Assembly: GCA_000708835.1 (NCBI GenBank)
Contig: DF237623.1
Coordinates: 1 to 44,617 of the forward strand
DNA length: 44,617 nucleotides
Source: Klebsormidium nitens
Lineage: Eukaryota; Plantae; Klebsormidiophyceae
Direction: 5' to 3'
The notes below the pieces were generated by a model that was not told where the DNA came from, did no database searches, and was given only the letters and a program-made list of their open reading frames with translations. Of this stretch, positions 34,590-44,617 are shown in pieces. The translations under genes and the position numbers were made by a program. The number at the start of each line of letters is the position of its first letter. Within the stretch, counting starts at the first letter, position 1.

Positions 34590-37500
34590 TCAGCCCTGCT
34601 TGAGATGGCGGTACAGCTGGAGGTAGTCCTGCGCGGAGCGGCTCCAGGACCAGTCCTGCCGCATCGCGCGCGGCACCAGCTGGCCGTGCCACCACTCCCC
34701 CGCGTCGCGGTACGCGTCGATGGCGCGCCGCAGCACCGTCTCCACGTCGGCCTCGGACTTGCCCGCGAACGTGAACCCGTTGCGCTCGTGCTCGGGGGCG
34801 CCGGAGTGCGCCACGTCGCGCACGGTGTCCGCCAAGCCACCCGTCTGGCGGCATACGGGGATGGTGCCGTACCTGCGCCCGAAACGAGGCGGTATCAAAG
34901 CAGAGCTTGAAGTAACGCGGGTTTTGCTAGAGCATTTCGACGACTACCAAGCGTGCACACATGGATAGTCTAAGTATGGCAGTTGGCGTATATTCGACAT
35001 AATACCCCTCGCCACAGGCCAGGGGCGTCAATCGACGAGCGACAAGATGGAACATCCGGGAGAGTGCCACTCTTGACAGAGAGTCGCGCTTGCCGCAGCG
35101 TCTCTCCCCTGCCAGGCTGGCGTGAGCGCGCTGCCGCACTGACCTGAGCGCGATGAGCTGCGTGAGGCCGCACGGTTCGAAGAAGGAGGGGATCAGGATG
35201 GCGTCCGCGCCCGCGTAGATGCGGTGCGCGAGCGCCTCGTCGTAGCGCAGCACGAGCCGCCCCGCGGTGCCGCCCGCCAGCTCGGCGGCCCACCGCTCGA
35301 AGCCCTGCTGCACCGCGGACTCGGGTGCGCTGCCCAGCACGCAGAACTGCGCGCCCGCCTGCTGCGCGACGCGCAGGCCGTGCAGGATGAGCGGCAGCCC
35401 CTTCTGCTCCGTCAGCCGGGACACCACCTGCGGAGTAGCGGGGGGGCGCGCCATGAGCGCGAGCAGCAGGCAAGAAGGACATTCTTGTTGCTTCCAGAGG
35501 CCACGAAGAAAGGCCGCGGGGCAAAGATCCATCCTTTGTACTGAATTCTTTGATCGACTCGCAATACCTGGGGTGACACGTCCAGGATTTCTACAGCTCG
35601 GTCAAGGCAGCCGGAGTCGTCGAGGTCCTCTGAAACATCAGCTTTTGTAATGCATAAATACAACAAAGGGGGAACTGCGGACAAGATTGCTTACTGCAAT
35701 GAGCGGCGTGTTAGGCTTTGCGGGCAGGCCCAGCTCGGCGAGCAGCGCGGCCTTGCAGACGGCCTTGCCCGCGGTGTCGGCGGCGGTGTAGTGCGCGGGG
35801 AGGGCGGCGTCGGTGGCGGGGTCCCACATGTCGGGGTCGATGCCGTTCAGGATGCCGCGGAACTTGCCCGCGTGCCGCCCCAGCACGCCCTGCAGGCCCA
35901 TCCCAAACTCGGGCGCGAATACCTCGCGCGCATACGTCGGGGACACGGTGGTCACCGCGTCCGCGTACACGATGCCGCCCTTGAGCAGGTTGATGTCCGG
36001 CTGCGCGGCCGCGAAGCCCGGCCGCGTGTCGTCCAGCAGGCGCTCCGGGGTGTAGGCGCCCGCGCGGGGCAGGCCCATCAGGTCCAGGTAGTTGGGGGTG
36101 AGCCACCCCTGGAACGCGATGTTGTGAATCTGGGCACCCAACAGTAGAATGTCCCGTCAGAAGCAACGGAGAGAAATCTTGTGCCAACGTTCAGGTGGCA
36201 TCTCGCTGTTTGGAAGAATCAAGAAAGGCTGAAACTCGGATTTTTCGCTAAAGGCAGACACATTCTGCAAAGGGGGCGGCTCCCAATCCGTAACCGGACC
36301 GACTAGTCGTCGAACGAGTGCCTCCTCTCTACTGAAATCAAGGTCCGATTTCACGAGAAGGTCCTCGGTGAGATTCACGTACACAATTAGAGCCTTCTTC
36401 GCTCAGATCAGCAATCAACCTTGAAAGCCCCTGGATTTTACAGCCCGTTCGATGCAGAAGTTCTGGTGTGGATACCCTCGGGAGATTGTTAACCTTCAGT
36501 TGACATGAGCATTCTCACTGAATCTGGGGAACTTGGGGAAAAGAAGTTTAGCCCCAATACATAAAGCGCCCAGGTGATTACCGCTGTGCAGGCCCGCGCA
36601 ACTCTGTCCTCCTGCGGGGATACCTTTTTTCGCTGCCTCACCGTGAGCACGACTCCGGGTCGCGTGAGGCCGCGCGCTCTGTACTGTTCCTTGAGCAGCG
36701 GCGCAACTGCGGCGGACTGCCAGTCGTGGATGTGCAGCGCGTCCGGCTGCTTGCCCTGCGTCTCCTCTTCCCACACCAGGAACTCGAGCGCTGCGCGCGC
36801 AAAGAACAGAAACCGCTCCGCGTCGTCCACCTCGCCTGCGCATCGGAGGGAAGAAACAGCATGGGCAGAGGGCCCGCAAGCTGGCCCGAAGAACGACTTA
36901 CAGCGCAGACGTCTTCTGACGTGTACACCCAAGGGATACGTCCCGTCGGAGGCGGAGACTAAAGTCATGATCACTTATTGCCCAAGACGTTTACCACGAA
37001 GGAAAGATGGCAATGTGCATTTTGCTTAACCCGGGTCCGGAGTTCTCAAAGGCCAGTCAAGATGCATGTGCGACGAGCTGTGCGGGTGCGCTGACCGTAG
37101 AAGCGGCCGCGCCAGAAGAAGCGCTCGCGCGAGTAGGGCTCGACGAAGTAGACGGGGAGGCCCTCCGCGATGCCGGCCCACACGACCGTCTTGATGGTGC
37201 TGCCGCCCCACGGCACCTCCAGCTGCACCAGCTGCCGCAGCTCCGCCACGTCGGCGTAGCGGATGCAGTCGTACTTGGGCAGGATGATCTCCGCGAGCGT
37301 GCCCGCCGCCTGGTGCGCCTTGGCCAGGCTGACCACCACGTCGGCCAGGCCGCCCACCTTGGCCAGCGGCGCCATCTCGGACGCGATGTGCACCACGTGC
37401 AGCCCGGGGCGCCGCAGGAAGCCGCAGCGCGACTGCAGCTCCCCAACCACCTCCGAGTCCGCCTGCAACCGCACCTGCACAGGCAAGAAAGGGGGAAGAG

Positions 37501-39816
37501 GGGGGCAAGGGGGTTGAGACGAGGGAGGAAGGAAATTCGTATTGGTAGTTTTCTTCTTAGACGAGGGGATCCGCCTATTGTAGTTGGAAGTGTTTGTTGC
37601 AACAGCTTCTGAAGAATGTGAGGACAATTGCAGCTTCCAACATCTTTCAATGGGTTGCGGCTTACTGGACCTGTCCAGCCTCGGCACCCCGTCTGGCGCA
37701 CTTTGTAACGCCAGTCGCGAGTCTAAGCAACCTGGACACTGGTTCAAGGTTGGTGACACACGCAGCAATCTATCTTCAGGGGAAGTTGTTCTGCTCTGCG
37801 CAAGGAAAGGCCTGCTCTGCTCAGATTGAAATAGTCATTTAAGTGCTGAAGGATGTCTACAGACTGCTTCTCCTGTTGGATTGCATAACCACAGGCTTTT
37901 TTCCAAGAATCATTGCAGCTCCTCTGCAAATACGTACATCTGTCTTTCATTTCAAACAATCCAGTCAAAATCTTTCGGTGAAAGCTGGACAAGGCCGATC
38001 CAAAAGCTCCCCACAAGACAGTGTTACTGCAGACTGCATTAACCTGGCCACAACCGCCACTGCTACACTGTAGCGCTGCACCAAAACTTCCAGTCAGCCG
38101 CGCTGCACGAAGCTGCTGGGTACAAATTACCAATTTCACTGGTCTTCACTCCCCAGATTCAGGTGCCCGGTTGAAGACTCTGCCAGATCTAATTTGATAG
38201 CTGCTCCCGACATTTGTGACGAGCACGCACAATCCAGAGTCTGACCGGGGACGGTCCGCAGAAGCAAGCGATATTATTTGTTTCCCCAGAGCCTCACCTT
38301 TTTGTATGCTTTCAAGAGCTCAAAGTCACGCTGCCACGCAAGCGTCCGCAGGAGAGACCCCTGCTCCGGCGTCAACAAGCTCTGCGCAGCCAAAGCTGCA
38401 AAGCCCAAAGATAGCCGGTTGAGACCTCTCAACAACATGGTTTCAAGATTCATCTGGAGACAACCAGAAAGCTGCTTTAGTTCTGATGAGCTGACAAATG
38501 GGACTGCGAGCAGGCGGCATGTCAAGACAAGACATCAAAAAGCCTTAATGTGTAGGTGTGCCCACCTTCGATACGGAGGAGCAGGCTGGAGACGAGGTCG
38601 CGTGGGGGTGGCTCAGGACGCACTGCGAGGAGGCCCTCCCCTGGCGCCAGCTCGATGGCCAGGCTCCAGTTGGCGCCGCCGTTGTTGTCCCAGCGCTCCT
38701 CGTCTGCCACCACGCCCTTGAACGCCAGCTGCACCTCCAGGTGCGCCAAGCTGGACAGCGCAGCCAGCGTCACCAAGTACACCCCACGCCACGCCTGCAA
38801 GGCACACCCACAGCGTTGACGTAAACTGAGGTGGACATGAGGCAGCGTGCGCGGAATTGCTCAGCTGCTTGTAGAAGTGACAAAAGCACTGATCAGATCC
38901 AGGCATGCAACTTGGTCTGCGTTGCAAACAGTGCAAAGAGGGTTCCCGATACTCTGCCCCACAGCGCAGCCAGTACGCATGCGGCGCACCTGAGGCCCTG
39001 CACTCTGGAGCTCCACATCCAGGGTGTCCTTCCAGCCGCTGTGGCCAACGTGCGACCAGACACGCTGCGCACCCTGGAGGCTGCGGTTCTGGCCCTCGTA
39101 CAGGATGTGCACCATGTACAGGGGGGGCGCTACCGACACGGACAAATAAGGGGCCGCAGCGATGTGCACAGTGCCAGGGGCAGACACCGCAGGGGCCACC
39201 ACAGGCAGCTCCTGCGCAGAAGAGCAGCCGGGGACATTAGATCTATTAGCACTGGAGCTGAGGTAACCAAAAAGAGCTTCACAGATGTAGCAGCGAAATG
39301 AGTCGTTGTCCATCTGTTTCTTACGTTACACAGATCAAGCGCTCTTCCCATACAGTCTATAAATCCTTCCTGATTGTCTTTCTGCTTCAGTTGGCAGCTT
39401 TCTGTTGTCAACACATGGATCTAAGCGTCATCATCAAGAGTAGGACCAGAGGAATTGCCAGAGCAACCAGAGCGAAGCTTCTGATTGATTTGATGACAGA
39501 TAGCCATCAGGAATAAGCTCACCGGCACACGGGTCGACGGCAGATTCTGCTGTGGTCGGCACACCTCCTGTAACAAGGAAGCAGATGGTATCGTGCTGGC
39601 AGCCCGCAACCGATTGTGCATCTCACCACCAATTCCCCATGGTGGTGCGCTTGCGCGCTTCCTGATCTTTCCAGCAATGAGATCTCCATGTGTCTTCTGT
39701 CCACATAGCGTCCCTTGTTGACTCCTCCGATGCGATCGGTGGCCAAGTAGATGGTCTGGATAGTGACACCACAGCTGGTAGGTGCTCCCAAGGACTTGTG
39801 CACAGCCGAGCGACAT
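34590..39816 (-). CDS. Starch synthase (GT5) of the SS4-like clade with one N-terminal CBM53/CBM25-like domain; 5' end uncertain
   Basis: Exons 34590-34872, 35144-35427, 35695-36129, 36642-36835, 37096-37474, 38298-38395, 38566-38794, 38990-39211, plus 5' exon(s) ending at ~39521 and probably starting at ATG 39816. Motifs EMAPLAKVGGLADVV, HIHDWQ, IHNIAFQG, LNGID, SRLTEQKG, PSFFEPCGLTQLIALRYG, TGGLADTV and DWSWSRSAQDY. The CBM shows LY..R.L.G...VWSHVGHSGW and WDNNGGANW. Confidence 0.92.
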
Positions 39817-40072
39817 CGTGGGTGCAATTGTCGACGTTCACTGCTCAGCTGAACCTTATGGCAGCTTCCGTTCAACCATGCTTCTTCCAGCTCAAAGCAT
39901 CAAGCTCCCTTCGACCAGTATAGCAGTTCAGGAAATCAAGAACACAGTGATCGACCTTGTAGGAGTGCTCCCTCGCCGGGCCTCGCCCATTCTTGTCCTT
40001 CCAGGTCGAAACGGCGTTCAGATCTGAGATCTGCGGTGGTGCTATGCTATGCGATCTGATGATTCTGATCAT

Positions 40073-40265
40073 GTACCTATGCGTCCATGATCCCACGGGC
40101 AATTTTTGAAGTACCTACAATTGATTAGGGTACCTACCAGATGCACGGACATGGACGGTACCTACTACCGTAGTACTACCGTAGTAACGTACACCGACTC
40201 GGATGCAGCCTAAGTGACAATTGGCGCGCGGGATCCCGTGGTAATGCTTCAGTGTGACTCTGTAC
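40073..40265. promoter_or_regulatory. Second cluster of 7 GTAC motifs (four as GTACCTA) in the starch synthase/kinase divergent intergenic region
   Basis: GTAC at 40073, 40111, 40130, 40158, 40173, 40189 and 40262. Confidence 0.35.
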
Positions 40266-41100
40266 CATTATCACTATCAGCAGCGGTGCGCGCGCAGTGG
40301 TGCTGTTTACTGGCATCGAACGGCTGCAGGAATTGCCAGAATTTTGATTGACGGTCATATGCAGCTGGGGCGAAACTTCTGATAACAAGAAGCAGTTGTA
40401 ATATGCATGGCGGTACGTGTGTTGCCTCGATCCGACTCGAGGCTCATGAGCGGGGCATGAGCGCACACAGCCGGGCAGGATGCGCACAACGGCTGGCGCC
40501 TCTCTATTCTGATTCCAATTGCAACATGAATGAGGGAGCCAGGCTGGGACTACACAGGCTGGGCCATACAATGTAGGTAGCCTGGTGCTTCAGGACTACA
40601 GCTTCTCCCGAGCAACCTGCTAGTTTTAGTGTCATCTAATTTAGACTAATTTCACTCACAAACAGACTGACTAAGTTATACTAATATTTTCACTAAAACT
40701 AGCAGGTTGCTCGGAACTAGCTGTACGTCCGGTATGCCAAAGAATATGATAGACCGCGAGTACCAACATTGGAGCTTTTGTAGGCTTGAAATTTGGTGCT
40801 CGGGGCCCGGGGATGTTAGAGTACACGAAGTAATCATCAAGGTGCCACTGAAGTCTGTGTTCAAGTTGTTCCCATTGAATGCCTGGATTCCCTTCAATGC
40901 GGTATAAGCACTGTGGCACCCAGGCAGCTTGTTATTCACTTGCCTGTCAGGCTGATTTGTGGAGCAATGCTGAGGGAACATTGACTTCTTCCGACGTAAT
41001 GAGAAGGCCCTGCTCGACCTTGCAGCAGAAGCGTGTCAGATTGAAGGCTGTCAGTCCAGTACTACAGAAGGGAGTCAATCGGGAGTGAAGACGTGCAGAT

Positions 41101-41110
41101 TTTAGGGTTT
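41101..41110. promoter_or_regulatory. Telo-box (reverse orientation) just upstream of the kinase ATG
   Basis: tttagggttt is the reverse complement of aaaccctaaa and lies 43 bp before ATG 41153. Confidence 0.4.
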
Positions 41111-41152
41111 ATCAATCAGCGCACCTTCTTGGAACAGAAGCGGTCAGGCGCC

Positions 41153-43797
41153 ATGGGGTGTGCGGCCTCCGTTGAGGCTGTGGCCAGCGACGGCAAGCGC
41201 CTGCTGCCGGAGGGCGTGGCCAAGCTGGACAGCAAGGCGCCGCAGGCAGACCCCCCCGCCACCAAGGAGGACGGTGCACCCAAAGCAGGTCCCCCCGCAA
41301 GCAATGCCAGCGCGCCCGAGGCAAAGCCCACTCAGGGAAAGAGCCCCGCTGATGCAACGGGGCCCACCAACGGGTCTTCCCCTGCAACCAACACAAGTGT
41401 TGCCATCAAAGAAGCAAATGCAGAGCGCTTCAAGGACGGCGAGGCAACTGTTGTGTTTGTTCTGGGTAAGTCAAAAACTCACAAATGACTCACAGATCAA
41501 ACCTAGTCTGCAAGGATCTGAGCCCCCCTTCAGATTCTCTGCAAAGTGGCTCTCTGCAATATGGATTGGGCAACAACCATTTGGGCAGATCCTGTGAGAT
41601 GTCGATGTTCACCAGTGCTAGCAAGAGGGCACTGTTGATGACGTTTCTCGCTACAGTTGGATGTTTTCAGCGTCGCTGTCAGTCACTAATGGAGTGGGGT
41701 TTAGGATCCAAAGGGACCGTTTCGAAAGAGATCTGCAGCTCGCTCCCAGTTCACCTCCTGGTTGTTGCTTCTCTTTGACCAGCTTCCGACTCAATCGTCC
41801 GTCCCTGGCCCTGATTGTTTGATCTGAGTGTGATGACATTATTCTCTGGCGCGTAGGCGGGCCTGGCTGCGGCAAGGGCACCCAGTGCGCGCGCATGGTG
41901 GCAGACTTTGGCTTCCAGCACCTCAGCGCGGGCGACCTGCTGCGCGCCGAGGTGCAGAAGGGCAGCGCGCTGGGGCAGCAACTGGATGCCACCATGAAGG
42001 TAAAACGTTTGCAGTTTGACAAAAGTGGCCGAACCACACACTGGGGAATGGTGGCCCATCAGCCTGCAGCCCTGAAATCTGCCGTGACTGGAGTCATGAC
42101 CATCGAGCTACATCAGCAGTAGCTTCTCAATCCGTTCGAACAGCGCTCGGGCACAAAGAGTAAAGGCAGAGCCAGTAACAAAAGGTGCAGAGGCAACAAA
42201 GGAGGGGCGCTTGTTTCCTCTTGACCAGCATGCAGTACTCCGCTCCTCTCCTGCCTGTGCTGACGTGTGCCCCCTTATTCTTTCCTGCTTGCCAGGAGGG
42301 CGGCCTGGTCCCCGTGGACGTGACGCTGGCGCTGCTGCGCGCCGCCATGAAGGCGTCCCCCGTGAAGCGCTTCCTCGTGGACGGCTTCCCGCGCGCCGTC
42401 GACCAGGCCGTCGCCTTCGAGGCCAGCGTGGCCGCGCCCAACCTGGTGCTCTTCTTCGACTGCCCCCTCGTGAGCCGCCACCCACTCAAAGCACACGACC
42501 CGAAAATGGACAGTAGGCCAGGTTTTTAATGGAGACTGCGTCACACACTCATGGCAGAGGCTTGATATTTTTTTTTGGACTTCCATGAACGAGTTTCTGC
42601 TTCACCCTGCCGTTGGTTCTCAATCAAGAGTCGCATTTTAAGAGCAAAACTGTACGCTACAAATCAAACTGCGAGCCTGAAGGCAAAGGGATTCAAAAAG
42701 ACAAGTGGTGACAGCCATTCTCGACGAGTCCTTCCTCTTTTGAGCTTGGAAGTTCGCCTCGTGCACACGAGTAAGAGTAGAGAAGAAGCTCAGAATCGTC
42801 ATTCTATTTTGGCTGCGCACTCCATGTACCAAATTCATTTTGCCCTCTTGGTATGTCTCAACGACTTTTCAATGAACGGTCTTGCGCAAGGCCCCTCGCC
42901 TGACTATCCGCGCCCCTCCTCTTGGATCGACAGGAGACGATGCAAGCGCGGCTGATGAAGCGCGGCGAGAGCAGCGGGCGCGCGGACGACAACCCCGCCA
43001 CCATTCAGAAGCGCTTCGACACGTTCCTGAGCCAGAGCCTGCCCGTGCTCGCGCACTACCAGGCCGCCCTCGAGGCCGACCCGCGCGGCGCCACCGTGCA
43101 CAAGATCTCCGCGGTGCCCCCCCCCGACCAGGTCTACACCGAGGTGGCCGCCATCCTGCGGCAGTGCCAGCACACCTTCGTCCCCGGAGCTGCCCCCGCG
43201 CCCGCCCCCAACACCGACGAGCCCGCGCCCGCTGCCCTGCTTGCGGCGCCGGCGGCAGTCACGGCCCCCTCCGCCGCTAGAGAGGCGACCAGCGCACTTC
43301 CGGCGTCCGTGGTGGCAGCGGCAGCCGGGGAGACGAAGCCGTCTGCCCCGATGACAGCCACGGCTGCGGCAGTCGCACCGATCGTTGCCCCTGTCGCTGG
43401 CAGCGGGGCGCCGGCCAGCCCGCGTGCACCCGCGGTGGCAGAGGCGGTCCCCGCAGCACCAGTGGGGACGGCTGCAGCGACGGAGGTCAAGGCAGGGGGG
43501 AGTGCGGGCGGCGCAGGAGTGGAGGAAGCGAACAAGGGCGCCGCTGAGAGTGGGGCATCTCTGCCTGCATTGGCAGCCACGCCGGTTGCACAGGAGGCCG
43601 TACCGGCCGCCGCGGCAAACAGCGCGCCCACTCCAGCGGAAAGCAAACCAGCAGAGGCAGGAGGGGACGGCAAAGCTGAGGACGATAAGAAAGCGGACAA
43701 GGGCGCAGCGGGTACTACTGTGGATGGGCCGCAAGAAGCAAGAAGCGAGGTGCTCATCGCAGCAGTGACGTCGGAACCCAAGCAAGAAGCTCAATAG
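41153..43797 (+). CDS. UMP-CMP kinase / adenylate kinase family protein with MGC N-acylation motif and long Ala/Pro-rich extensions, 4 exons, ~497 aa
   Basis: Exons 41153-41465, 41857-41999, 42296-42469, 42934-43797 (1494 nt). P-loop VFVLGGPGCGKGTQC, HLSAGDLLRAE, FLVDGFPR and GRADDN...IQKRF. Confidence 0.92.
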
Positions 43798-43855
43798 AGA
43801 CACTTAAGGTCTTACGAGGCGGATCTGTTTCATCTTGCGACCCAGGCTTATGTCG

Positions 43856-43929
43856 AAGCCGTACCTTTCTTAGGGGCTTTGAACCTGGGTTTAAGCCGTA
43901 CCTTTCTTAGGGGCTTTGAACCTGGGTTT
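43856..43929. repeat. Perfect 37-bp tandem duplication in kinase 3' region
   Basis: aagccgtacctttcttaggggctttgaacctgggttt at 43856-43892 and 43893-43929. Confidence 0.95.
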
Positions 43930-44617
43930 AGAGCGCACGCAGTCTAAGTTGTTTTAATTCTTCGCGGGCTATCAAGTGTTCGTTCCTTGTGAAATCAGCA
44001 ATTCGTTCTCCAATTCTTTCGGCAATAATAAGTAATACAAGCACAGCCGTCCAACTATCGTACAGCTAAATTGTAGATTGCGGCAGTCAAATTGAACTCG
44101 CATGAGGCGATATTTAAGTCTGAGCGGGAGCCTGATCCGACTGTAAGATAGATTTATATCCAAAAACGATCTTACTAACATAGCTTTTCGGACCGTCTCG
44201 ATTAACTAGCTGACAACGCAAGCTTTTGTCTAGAATGTTGCATACAATCCGACACTCTCCTAGGCTAGTAGTGGATCGGAAAAATACCCAACTCAAAGAA
44301 TGAAGCTTTGGAAGGGAGGATTTACAAATCCGACACCGCGTGGAAATCGCCTGCGGCTCGCCCGTGACGCCAAATGGATTCAAGACCCTTGGCCCGTGTT
44401 CATTCAGTTGGTGGGTTTATTCAACATGAGCCTGACGTCAACTTATAGCTCGATCAGCGGCGGCCCCCCGCGCCGAGGCATGCAATAGCTACTATGCATG
44501 ATGATGTTACGATCGACCGTCAACCTTCACTCGATCTCGTTAATTACTTGGCAAGCTTGGCGCATCTTATGGCGTGAGTACGTCTGATGACTTACATGGA
44601 CTCCGCGCGAGTCATGT

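Noticed and set aside
40671-40981. Two overlapping minus-strand ORFs in the starch synthase/kinase intergenic region
   Set aside because: No motif, no clear splice signals, and codon usage unlike host exons.
3951-43797. Possible carbon-metabolism gene cluster (GAPN + starch synthase); identical 1494-nt CDS length of GAPN and the kinase
   Set aside because: The genes are unrelated housekeeping functions interspersed on both strands. The equal length is coincidence.
42904-43803. 299-aa and 215-aa minus-strand ORFs
   Set aside because: Antisense shadows of the GC-rich last exon of the kinase.

Overview
Eukaryotic, intron-rich genomic DNA with GC-rich exons and GT(GC)-AG introns. Gene content and style suggest a streptophyte green alga such as Klebsormidium (inference). 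Seven spliced protein-coding genes could be reconstructed by hand with consistent reading-frame phases: non-phosphorylating GAPDH (GAPN/ALDH11, -), a class-3 lipase (-), an organellar TypA/BipA GTPase (+), a secreted amidase with a Cys-rich N-terminal module (-), an unknown 188-aa protein (+), a CBM-bearing SS4-type starch synthase (-) and an N-acylated UMP-CMP/adenylate kinase (+). The intergenic DNA holds several non-autonomous elements. The most unusual is a hairpin-rich repeat family at 9603-11811, in the GAPN upstream region. Its 62-bp hairpin apex occurs in two mutually inverted (flip/flop) forms between 19-bp inverted repeats, it has produced fold-back derivatives, and its copies bracket a 1.18-kb spacer carrying a candidate secreted Cys-rich peptide. 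Also present are a 5'-truncated L1/Tx1-like LINE with a 15-bp TSD inside a GTTACA-type repeat, a tRNA-like Pol III promoter pair, two MITE-like elements and two GTACCTA-rich clusters in divergent intergenic regions. All family assignments come from recalled motifs, not from database searches.
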